A stretch of DNA of 64,000 nt, taken from Vicugna vicugna. Lineage: Eukaryota. Positions 24,210 through 35,900 of the stretch are shown one piece after another; the first letter of the stretch is position 1; each line of letters begins with the position of its first letter. The notes beneath the pieces are model-generated. The model saw only the letters and a program-made list of their open reading frames with translations, did no database searches and was not told where the DNA came from. The position numbers and the translations under genes were made by a program. The stretch spans positions 248,001 to 312,000 of the forward strand of contig MU063499.1 of NCBI GenBank assembly GCA_013265495.1. Direction: 5' to 3'.

Positions 24210-24560
24210 GGCTGGAGGGCAGCCCAGAGGCGGCAGCTCCTACACCTCCGGCAGGAGGCCGCTATGGCCCGAAAGGCGAGTCCGGGACCAAGGCAACGCC
24301 GGAGGCGCGCTCCCAGCGGCCAGTCCCGGGGCAGGACCGGGAAGGCGTGGGCCAGTCAGCGTGCCGGGGCGGGGCCTAAGGGACGCTCCCCGGGTGTAGC
24401 GACCTCCAAGGAGGGAGATTTAACTCCTTCCTCCCGCTGCGGCTTGGCTTGTGCTCCCCCTCGTGGCCCGCCGAGCTCTCCTCCCTGAGTCAGTTGTTAC
24501 CGAAAAACTGGGACTAAGGACCCGAGCTGGCCTGGCCGTATCCGCAGCCGCAGCCGCAGG
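23560..24560. promoter_or_regulatory. SLC26A6 promoter CpG island
   Basis: CpG-dense; GC box GGGGCGGGGC at 24366-24375; AP-1 TGAGTCA at 23643-23649 and 24486-24492; spans exon 1. Confidence 0.7.
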
Positions 24561-25286
24561 TCCCTGAGTGGGACGAGGCTGATACCAGGTCCTGGCTTCT
24601 TGCGGAGGGTCCCCGGGGGATGGGGAGCTGGATGTCTAGGGGCGTGGCTGGTAACTAGAGCATTAGCTCTCTAGGTGGGGCGGGGGAAGTATCCAGATCC
24701 TGGAGGCCTCCAACTGAGAACGCCACCCTCAGGCTTTCCCCCTGAGACCTCTCTGAGACCGAAGGGGCTCAAAGGCCTCCCTTTAACCCTGGACGCGCAG
24801 ACCTGAAAGGCTGAGAGGTTCCCCTCTCCTGGACATAGCACAGGCCGGGCATCAGGCCCGAAGCCTTCTGCCTGAGTTCCGGAGGAACGCTATGTCCCGG
24901 CAATTCCAAGTCTGAGAGGCTCCTCAGTGCTGTCAGTGGGCTGAGGGCAGTTCCTAAGGTGGGTCTGACTGCCAGAGAAAATGCCAGGTGAGGGCTGCAG
25001 GCCCTGCAGACTTAGGAAGCCATCAAGTTGTTGCCTTGACTCTCAGTACGTGTGCTCATACTTCAGGCCCAACCTCAAGGCCACTGGACAAAATTCAGGA
25101 TGAAAGAGATCGGAACCTGGTCCAAATCTCCAATGAAATAAGCTAAAAATAGCCGAATATTCTTGGGAAGGTGGGTGAGGGCAGTGCTCACATTTCTCCC
25201 AAAGGTCAGCCTGGCCTGAATCATTCATAGCCACCCTGGTACCCCACCCCCAAACAGAAAGAGGCAATAACCATTTTCTATAGAAG

Positions 25287-25292
25287 TTTATT
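25287..25292 (-). terminator. CELSR3 poly(A) signal AATAAA (3' UTR about 1.7 kb)
   Basis: TTTATT on plus; the first AATAAA I found downstream of the stop at 26981. Confidence 0.7.
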
Positions 25293-25774
25293 CCCAAAAC
25301 AGAGCGCGGCTTCACGGAACAATTTACACAGACAGGGAAAGGAGCCACTGGGCTGGAGAGGGGACCTCTGGAGAGGGGCATCTACAGAACCTAGGACATA
25401 GCAAGGACAACCCCCTCTCCCCACGGCAGGCCCCTCAACCCTTCAACGGCTGGGGACACTCGATAAGGAGAGCTGGGGTCCTGGCTGGCGGGATTTGGCA
25501 CCAGTCAGTAAAGCAGAGCTTTCAGTCTCTTTCAAAACTGCCTCCCAAGAGTGTGCATGAAGGAGTGGGGTGTCTGCACCGACCCTTCACAACCCTGCTT
25601 GGTCACTGTTCCCCATAGTAAGAGGATGCCTACTGGGCCTGCTGTTCTACAGGGACTCAGGGCTGACCTTTGGCCTGGGAGAGTGAGGGGTTAGAAACCC
25701 CTCAAGGTGGCCAGGTTCAGGGTCCTCACAGGTGGGTCCTCCACACCCCTCTCCCACATTCTCTACCTTTCATT

Positions 25775-26315
25775 TGTAAACAAAACGAAAAAAATATTCT
25801 CAACGGTAAACAAAGTGTAAAAGTTCAAAGTTGTAAGTTGTAAACAAAGTTTAAAAGTGTTTTCAACCTTGACCTGTAAACAAAGTAACAAAATTTAAAA
25901 GTCCCCATTTCTGGACATCAGACAAAGTAATAAAAGTGAGTTTGTGAACATGGTCCTAACAGTCATTTTTCCCTTTAGAAGGGAATTAAGGAGGGATGGA
26001 ACTGAGTCACTTCCTGCAGCCCGGGTGCCTAGGGCCAGGGAGGCTCCTGTAAACATGGGAGGCAGTGGCACCTACATTCTGAGTCTTCAGTTCCCTTGTT
26101 TCTGCTTCTCCCTTTGCTTCCACCACCAACCTCTCCTGCAGAATAAATTCCAGCAGGGGGCAGTGTCAGGGAATCAAATGGCACCACAGACAACTTTTAC
26201 TGACAGCAGGGGCAGGGGCTGGCAAATAACCCCTCCATCCACCTTCTGCAGGAATGTCTGAATAGAGGCCTGAGCCCCTCCCCATGGGAGAAAGGGAAGC
26301 CTTGCTCTGTAAACA
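25775..26315 (-). promoter_or_regulatory. Cluster of six miR-30-5p seed-match sites in the CELSR3 3' UTR
   Basis: Minus TGTTTACA (8mer) at 25775-82, 25839-46, 25875-82, 26048-55, 26308-15; TGTTTAC (7mer-m8) at 25806-12. Confidence 0.75.
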
Positions 26316-26980
26316 TGACATCTGCTGCTCCACCAGCGCCCCACAGCATCAGTCCTGGGTCATAAGGCAGTAAGTGGCAGGGACTCACATAATGAACACA
26401 CACATCCATGGGGAGGGACACAAGAGTGAGCCCCTGTGAGGAGGTCAGAGGACCCCTGTTTCCAAGACCAACTCCCAGTCCCAGAAGTTTGGCCCCTGGG
26501 ATATCCAAGAAAAAGCAAAGATCAGTTCTGCACTTTTGGCCCTGACGATATTCAGATCTACCTGGGCGGGCAGTGGAGGGGTGGGGAAGGAATTTACCCC
26601 TCCTGTCTGAATCCACCCTGGTAAGATGAGAGGAAATATCATATAATTTGCCAGGGACCCAAAGGGGGCCAAACTCTGCACTTCTTTCCCTCTGTCCCCC
26701 TCCCCCTCCTAGCCCAGCCTCAGAATCTGGGAGACAGAAAAGCTGAAAAATAACATAAGCATATCTCTCTGGTTACAAAGGTACAAAATGTATAAAAGTC
26801 CTCCCTTCAGTTCCCTCGCTCTGCGCTCACACGCTCACATGTCAGCACTGTAGCAACGGGGAAAGCTGGGGGGCGAGGGGTGTAGGAGGCTGCCTTGGGA
26901 TCAGCCTCTGACTCCGGGAGTCTTCTGTTCACCCAAATCCTCCATCGCCCTCGGCTGTTCCTCATCCACACGTCTGCCCC

Positions 26981-29900
26981 TCAGGAGTGACTCTCACTTC
27001 TGGGAACTCTGCAGAGTTGAATGTGGAGTCACAGGTGGTTGCTGTCAGGTGGCTCTGGACACCCCCCCCACCAGACCCAGCGTGGACCACCTCTCCTTAC
27101 CTCCCCCAACACCTTTGCCTCTCAGTCCCTAGCCCCAGACTCACCAGCAAGGCCCCCTGGCTGGCCACCTATGTCTTTTCTCTAAGTGCTTAGCAAGCAC
27201 CTGACAAATTGTGTCTCAAAAGTCTCCATGTCTCAAAGAGTTTGTTACTACAGACACATTTTGCAGATGAGGAAACTGAGGCTCAGAGAAGTCAAGTGGG
27301 ACTCCAGAACCTGAACCCCTGCTCAGTTCCCCAAGCACCCCATCCCCCAACAGCCAGACCCCCAAGGCAGGAGCCAGGGGGTGCTCCCAGCTCCCTCTCC
27401 TCTCTACCCCAGTATCCTTCCAGGGCTCTGGGCACCAGGCCCCCAAATCCCCTGCCTCTCCTTCCTGTCTCCTCCTCCAACTCTGCTCAGGTACTGTTGG
27501 TCTCCTGCCCCACTCCCAGGGTGCCCTTCCCTCCAAAGTCACCTCTCACCCTACAGACCTCCACAGAGCCTGACCTAGCTGTCCCTCCTTTGGAAACTCA
27601 ACTCTGCTTTTGGCTTCCAAGACCTGGGAATTTCTGATTCCTACTCACTCCCTCTGCATTTTATTTTTATTTTGCTATTATTATTATTATTAATTTACTT
27701 GGGGGGATAATTAGGTTTATTTATGTTTAGAGGAGGTACTGGGATGGAACCCAGGACCTTGTGCATGCTAGGCATGTGCTCTACCACTTGAGCTATACCC
27801 TCCCCCCTCACTCCCTCTGAATCCTGTAATTCAGCTGCTTCCCAGGTATGTCTGCCATCCCCTACCCTACAGATACCCCACAGGCACCTGAGATGCACCA
27901 GGTCCCAACTCAGTTCCTGTGTGTACTAGCCCAGTCTCCACAGGCAGAAGGAACTTAGTATTGACTGAGTGAGTAAATGAATGAATGATTTACTCCCAGT
28001 TCTTCAGCCTGGCATATAAGGCACCCACATCCTGGCACTACTTCTGGCCCCTTTCTATTCCATTCTACCCCCTAAGCAAATCCTCCCAAGTAGAGACCCC
28101 TCCTCTCCTCCTTGCCCCTTCCACATATTGGGCTACCTCCCACTTCTAGGCCTTGGATCTGCCCGCCCCCTTCCACTAGCTCAGGCTCTTTGGAAGGCAC
28201 CTTGCTCTCTTTAGTTCAGGAGGTGCAAGGGAGGGTGGTTGGCCCTAGGCATACAGCTGACAAAGTCTGGGCTCATCACCCCATTTGCTGCCAGATTTCT
28301 GCCCTTGGCCTGTGGCCCCTTGGCAGTGCTGAGCCTGGGGTAGCCCATGCTGTCTGCCAATCCCCGCTCCATTCTGTGGTGGAACACAGACCCAGGTGCC
28401 CAGGAAGTTGCCCTAAACTGATGGGGATGTGAGCAGGTGGCTGGACCCTGCTTACTCTGAGTCCGGGGACAGCTCCGAGATGCTGTGGGACGTGGCAGAA
28501 CGTGGCGTGGAGGGCCCAAGAGCAGAGGCTGTGGCAGAAGGCGTGGCTGTAGTGTGAGGGCCCGAGGGTGTGCTTGAGGACTGCACGGAAGAGGAGAGAG
28601 CCGAGGAGTTGAAGGAGGCAAGGATGGAGGACAGAATGTCCAGCTGCTCTGTGGAGGGGCCGTGGCTGGGGCCACTGGCTGGGTCTTCCCTGACTCTGAG
28701 CAGCTGCGGTGGGGGCCCGAGGCCTTCTCGTGAGGGGTGCCGGCTAGGCACATGGTCCAGCCGCTCCCCCGAGTTCGATTTCCTGGACAGAGAGTCCAGG
28801 GGCCGGGATGGCAAGAGGGGGTCCCTTGACAGTTGTCGCTGGGGAGATAGTGGCAGAGGCGGGGGCTGTGGGTCAAGGTCCCGGGCACCATGCGGTGGGG
28901 GCAGCGTGCGCATCCAGTCGCAGGGTCCCCCTAGGTCCAGCGCATCGCGTGACCCAAAGCGGCCGGCTGTGGCACCAGGATAGTCCCTGGGTGGCTGCCT
29001 CCGTGGTAGGGTGCTGCCCCGATCCCTGGGCTCCAGGCGGCCTGGCACAGCATCCAGGTGTTCCTGGGAACCTGGTCGACTCAGGGGATGCAGGACAGGG
29101 GCAGGGGCCTCCTCCAGTCGCTCACGACTCAGCTGCCGGCGAAGAAGCAGATCCAGCTGTTCTCGAGAGGAGTAGCGGCTGGCTGGCTGCGAAAGGCTGC
29201 CTGTGCCCCCTCCAGCATAGATGCGACCATAGGAGGCAGCCGGCACAGCACGGTGGCCCAAGGTGGCTGCACGGCACCAGGACAATTCCGGGGCACCCCG
29301 GGTCTGTGGCACCAGTGGGTACTGCAATCGGTTCTTCAGGATGCCTAGAGGGGGAGCAAATAGAGGACAGGGTGTGTACGTGGTGGAGGGTGGAGCAGGA
29401 ACCCCCTGGGTCTAGGAATGCAGCAGCCCCTGGAATCCCTGTGACACAGGGTTGGGGGCAGAAACGCTTTAGGGAGAGGGTGCAGAGGCAGCTCCTGGGA
29501 ATCCTAGAGAGGCTGCAGGACAGGGGTAAGAGTGGGGAGGCAGTAATCCCTTGGGTCAGGACAGGGGCAGTCCTCAGGGTACAGGGGCAGGGGCAAACGT
29601 CCCCCCAAGGTCAGAGAAGGGGCAGCCCCCAGGTCCTGGTAATGCAGGCCAGGGTCCAAGGGGCAGGAATTCCCAGGGTTGGGGCAGGAACAGTCCTCGG
29701 TGGGAAGTCTCTGTGATGCAGTGGTGAAGGCAGAAACCCCTTGAGTTGAGACAGGGAAAATCTCTTGGGATCCTTGTAAAGCAGGGTAGAGGGCCAGAAA
29801 ATTTCCAGGTTAGAACAGAATTTGTGGGTTCTGAGGCATAGCAGCTCCTAGGATCCTTACAAAGCAGACTGGGGTTGGAGGAAGGGGAGGAATCCCCTGG

Positions 29901-32900
29901 GGTGAGGCGGGAGTGGCCACTGGGGTTTCCATGGTGCTGGCTAGGGTACGGGGGGGGGGGGCAGGCAATTCCCAGGTCAGGATGGGGCAGTCCCCAGGGA
30001 CCATAAAGCAGAGTAGAGGTGCAGAAACCTCCCAGATCAGAGCGAGAGAAGTTCTCAGGATCCCTGTGAAGCTATTTGGAGTAGAAGAATGAAATTCCCT
30101 GAGTCAGGGCATGGGCATGGGTATAGGCCAAGGTCAAGGATCCACACCTTTTCTCTGGCGCTGGGCCCGGCCCAGGGAGGTTTCATCTCCACTGGTCAGG
30201 GCCAGGTCCGGCTGGTTGTTGTTGGCTGCGTCCTTGCTGGTATCCAGCCCCAGGCGCCTTTCGGAGCCCCAGGTCTGCAGAGCACAGGGAGTAGCCTCGC
30301 ATTCCCCCAGGGCTGGCCAGTAAGACAGGAGGTCATTGCCATCCACATCTGTGGAGCCAGGGCAGGTTACAGGAGCCTCTGGGTTGACTCCAGTGACCAT
30401 GGCCCCTGTGACCCAGACTCAGTGACCCCCAACCCTAAAGACTCCTGAAATCTGGGCTATTCTCATGGAGCAGAGGTAGGAATAGGAAGGTGTCTCTCAG
30501 AGGTCAATGGAACCATCTAGGGAGAGGGTTACTGATAAGCACTCCTACTCCTGACTGGAGGTGGACAGAGACTGGAGGTGGGGGAACCTGATGGCTGAGG
30601 GGTCGGGAAGACCAGGCTGAACCTCAGCCCTCAGGGAAGAGGAGGAGCTGGAGGGATGACATGTCACCCTATAAAAATCCCTGACCTCATTCTTCTGTTA
30701 CCTGGGCCATTCCTGGGTCTTTGGCTAACAGAACTCTGCTGGGAGGCTGGATGGGGAGAGGTACGTATGGGCCCAATGATGACCCCGGGTCCCCAGTAGG
30801 TTGGTCCCAGGACTCCGCAGGGGATAACAGGGTCCCTGGGTTACACCCAAGTGTAATATGGGGTATCTCTTGGTCACTTGTTGGGTAGAAGGCCCCATCA
30901 CCTTTGGGGTGGGTGAGGAGCCTCTCACTCTGCGCTGCTCGGCGGAGAGGACGCTGGAAACGCCCCCGTGTCCGGCCGTTGTCCTCGCTTTCTGAGGATG
31001 GGATAGACAGACTTCTCTCCTCCTCCAAGGACAGGTCACTGTCAGAGTCGGAGTCAGCACCTGAAGTTGGGAAGGTCAGGAGGAAGGCCTAGCAGTGGCC
31101 TAGGGAGGCAAGGGACTTGGGGGGCTTGAGGGAGGCAAAAACAAGGGGCTGGGGCTGGGAACTGGGGAGAGCTTGGAGTTGGGGTAGGAACAGAAGGCTG
31201 GGACTTGCCAGGAGAACCAGGGCTGGGGGATAGATGCCTCCTGGGGCAGTGACTTCAGGAAAGCTCTCCCCAGGACAGTCAGCAGCTACTCCCAGATTGG
31301 GGCAGAAGAAAGGTGAATCAGGGAGATCCTCTGCCTCCCTCCTCCCTGGCCCAGGCTCCCACCTCCACCAGCATCTCGATGGAACATGGCCACGTCCAGG
31401 TCAGTGGGGCCAGCGTGAGCCTGGACGCTGTGGTCAGTGTGGTCAGCAGCTGAGCCATGTCGAACCAGGACATTGTCCCTGGAAATGCAGGAGAACCCCC
31501 CATCAAAGAGGGATGTGATGGGGTGCCCTGGAGGCAGGGACGTCTGTAAGTGCACAGCCAGCTGTGTGTGGAATGGCTCTGAAGGCACCCCTGGGTGTGT
31601 GGCAGGAAGCATCTGGGGCAGAGGCAGTAGCAGAGGCCCAGCTGGCTGAGATGGGAGGTGCCACCCCAAGGACGTGGTGATGCCAACCCCTGGCAAAGTG
31701 CGGCTGGTCCGAGCTGTGTGCGCCCCTCGTGAGGAGGCCACTCCCCTCACCTGAGGTAGCTGCGGCCCCGCTGGCTGTCTTGGTCCTGGGTCCGGCCGGA
31801 GCGGGCACTGCTCACTGAGGAGACGGTGGAGGCACCGAGAGTGATGCGGATGAGGCCACTTTCCTCGAAGAGAGCCGTGTTGTTGTAAGCCCCAGGCCCC
31901 TGGGGGAGGTGGGTGGGACAGGAGCATGAGCCAACCCTGGAAAAGCCTCAAAGCCTGGCTTCCCGGGGCCCCCACCCTCACTCCCCAGCTCTGGGAGCCC
32001 CTCACCGTCCCAGCCGCTGGCCTGGCCTCCTCGGGCTCTGCCTTCCTGCCCAGACAGGCTGGTGTCCAGGCGGCTCGAGTGTCTGCATTCACGACACAAA
32101 ACAGCAGCAGCACCACCAGGCCCTGTGGGTCAGCAAGGACCAGTGTGGAGTCAGTGAGAGGTCAGAAATGAGGCAGAGGACAGGGTCAGGCCACCACAGG
32201 GTCAGTTAGGGCCAGGGTAGGTCACCATGGGTCAGCAAGGGGGATCAGTCATTGCAGGTCAGAGTGAGTCAGTGATGAACCTGAGGCAGAACCCAATAAG
32301 GGAGTTAAATCAGCAGAGGCAGTGAGAGGTCAGAGTGGCCCGAGTGACCAGAGTCAGTGCAAGTCAGTGTGGACCAGCAAGCAGCCAGAGATCTTAGTGC
32401 CGATGAAAGTCAATCCAGGATCAGTATCAGCCTGGTGTCAGTCATCCCATCTGGGGTCAAGGCCCCAGGCCCCACCCTGCTGAAGCCCCCTCTGGTCCAG
32501 GGTGAAGGAGGGGTGCTGGAGTTACCTGGAGCCCAGAGAGGCCAGCGTGGAGGTAGTGGAAGGCCAGGACACTGTGGTTGACAGCCAGGAGGCCGAAGAG
32601 CCAGGAGGCACTGACCAGCAGAAGGAGCAGAAAGGAGCTGCGAAGTGTCCTGCCGCAGGAACATGAAAGGACACAGCACACGCGAGGGTCACACAGGGCT
32701 CACGTGGGGGACATAGGAGGACACACAGGAGTCACATAGGGGACACCCAGGGGATAGGGAAGGAAAGGGATTCACACAGAAACATGGAGGTTTTGGGAGG
32801 ACACTCAGGGAGACTGGAGGTCACAGAAAGAACCAGAGAGAACTCAGGCAGTCATGAGGGGACATGGGGAAAACACACAGGAAGGAGGTTGGAGCCTGAG

Positions 32901-35900
32901 AGAAAACATGGAAGGCAGGTGGAACACATTGGACAGGGGGCCAAGTGAGCCACCCAGGCCATGGGAGACTGGGAAGATGGCAGGGTGGAAGCGTGTCTGG
33001 AGCCAGAGTAATGCAAGGGCACCAGAGAGGGACCGCTGGCCAGGGCAGGTGTGACTTTGCCCCAACCCAGAATCTGGAGCCCAGCCTGCACCAGGGATGC
33101 TCCAGGAATCCCAGACCCCACTCAGGAGAAGGCTGCCGTTCTGAGAATCCCCCACTCCCCCCAGCCAGCCAACTCACAGCACAGAGGTCTTCTTGGCCTC
33201 CCTCTGCCCAGTGGAGCAGGATGTGCGGGCAGCGAGGAGAAACATGGTCCCATTCATCTGGACCCACGGCCAGACATGTGGAGCAGGGGCAAGGCAGAGA
33301 GAGACAGAGATAGTGAGAGACAGACAGAGACAGAGACAGAGAGAGGCTAAGACTCAAAGAGAGAGGCAGAATGAGTAAGAAATACCAACAGACACACACA
33401 CACAAAACAAAGATCAAAAACAAAGAGAGGGAGAGGAGCTTAGAATCAAAAAAGAAGTCAGAGAGTAACCAGGGAGGGACTGAGAGTTGGAGACGAGAGA
33501 GAGACAGTGGCGGGGCGAGGCAGTCTCTGAGCCCCGCACCTCCCATCTCTATGCCAGTTAAACAGGAACAGAAACGGAGGCCGAGCCCAGGAAGCCTGTG
33601 GACGGCCACTAGCGCCCCTCAGCTAAAACCACCACACCAGCTGCAGGGCCACCGTCCCCACCCCAAGGGGAGCACACAGGTGGCACTGAGTGAGGGCACT
33701 CACCACGATGACAATGACGACAGGGCCTGCAAAACTCCAGATGAGGGGCTCATGGACCGAGATCCAGCAGAAGTCAGGGTTCCCATAGCCTTCGGGATCC
33801 AAGCCGACAGCCAGGCCTGTGGGGGAGAAGGGAGAGGATGGATGGGGCATGTTCTAGAGTTGCTGACCCACTCATGTATGGGGAGAAGCTGGGGGCAGGG
33901 GCAGGGCAGGCTCCTCCCTGAGCAGATGGCACGGAGGAGTGAGGATGGGGTCATGATTAGGATGGGGGGCAGGGGTCAGGCCACTGAGGAAGGGCGGTTG
34001 GGGGTCACAGGCCCTCACCCAGCAGCACAGCGGGGACGCCCCAGCCCAGGGCATGGTAGAAACGCATGGCGCCGCGGTCCACATTGCGTGGCTCGACCTG
34101 CATGCGGTAGAGGTGCAGCCCCTGCACAAGCAGCCACGCGAACGTGCTGAGGAAGAAGTAGTGCAGGAGGATGGCGACCGCGGTGCACACCAGCTGGAGG
34201 CAGGGTAGCGGGACGTCAGGACCTTTCCTGCCCTGCCCCGCCTCTATCCCCTCAACCACCACAGGTTACCCCAGCATCCTGCCCCAAACCCGGGCCCCAG
34301 CCTGAGCATCCCTGACCTCTGACCCTGAACTCTGGCCCAGGCCTTCCCAGGGCCTGGTGAGGTCATCAGGACACAGATCCCCTGGCCCTGACCCGGCACC
34401 TGGTTTTGGGTTCTGTGGATCCCCAGCAGGAAGAGGAGCTCTGCCACCCCCAGGGCGGCAGCCACATTGGCATGGATGCCACGCATGTTGGACTTGAGGC
34501 TGCGCAGGCTCAGCAGGACAGCTGCGGTCAGCAACAGTGCGGCCACAGACACCGATATGACCACGTGGGTGAACACAGCCAGCAGCTCCAGGTCGCCCTC
34601 TAGCCGCTGTGGGGATAAGGATGGTCGCTGGGGTGTTGGGCACCCCTGCTTTTGACCCTCCCACTTCCTCAGGACTATGAATATAGCCCCACCTCGCGGG
34701 GGGAGGCATCCATGAGGATCCCAAAGGTGCCCGTCCGGCTGCAGCGACACCGTGCGTGGGACCCATTCCTGTGCACCAGCTCGCAGTCCCGTGCTGTCCA
34801 AGTGCCATGCCGGTCCACCCTGCAGCCACAGGGCAGTTAGACTTACCATCCCTTCTGGGGGATGCCCCATTGCCAGGCGGGGTTTGAGAGACAGTGGGAG
34901 GGGCTGAGGGCGCCTGGAGTTGGGGAGCAGCATTCCTTGTGGGCCTGGGCACACAGGGGCGTTGGTGGGGGCCCCAGGGGTAGGCTGGGCCTCCCGGGGG
35001 CTACCAGGGGGACCAAGGGTTTCCAGATTGGAGGTCCTCACGGGCCAGGCGGGTCCCACTGCACACAGATGGCCTTGCTGCGATTCGCAGTCTGTAGCAG
35101 GCGGAACTCAAGGCTGATCGGGGACTCCAGGACACCCCTTAGGAAGTTGCGTCCATGGAATACAGCCACGCTGACCACCGGGGAGTTCATAACAGGGTTC
35201 TGGGGAAGCCTGAGGAGACACCCCACCTGGGCTTGGACACTGCAGACCTCCCCCTGCTCTGACCACCCACCTTACTGTCTTCACGCCACCTGCCGTGGCC
35301 CAGAGTCTGGGATGCCCCAGAGTGGATGTTGTTTCTGAGAACCCCTTTGGCCTCTGCTAGGCTGCTTCAGGACTGGGAGTCCATGGCCTGGTTCTGCAGA
35401 AATGCAGCCGAGGGGCTTTGGACCCACTCTCCACACTGGGGTCTGCAGCTTGAGAAGTTCCAGACTGCCTCAAACTGCCCTCTCCGCCACCCCCAGCTGA
35501 CCTCCCTCAGTCAGCCTGTCTTCGCCTGTCTCTATCAGCCAGTTCGCCTGCCTGTACTTGGCTCCTGTAAACTCCTTCATGTGACCACCCCCAGCTGTGG
35601 CTCCTCATCTGTTTGCTACTCTCCACAACTTCCCAGAACATGATTTACATGGAGCCCAGCATGGATAAAGCTCCCAGAGCTGTGGGCAGAGGCGTCTCTG
35701 TATGACTGTGAAACTGCTCATTTGTCCCCCCAAAATGGGGGTGCTCAGTTGGGTAGAAGCTCATAAGAAGTCCAGGGGTGAGGGGCCCGGGAGTAACTCT
35801 ACTCCTACCTGGCACCCCGGCGCTCAGCCTGGAACTGGGCAGGGAGCAGCCCCCCCAAGGTGCGGTAAACCAGGAGGATGATGATGGAGATCCCAGGCTC

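Noticed and set aside
28808-29716. 302-aa plus-strand ORF
   Set aside because: Antisense shadow of GC-rich CELSR3 exon 28456-29344; low-complexity translation, no splice or promoter support.
29345-30147. G-run-rich quasi-repeats and a G12 tract in a CELSR3 intron
   Set aside because: No consistent period; G-triplet richness is typical of short GC-rich introns.
32821-34150. 262-aa (minus) and 259-aa (plus) ORFs
   Set aside because: They run through introns and a GA microsatellite (SLSLSL runs) and are out of frame with the real CELSR3 exons.
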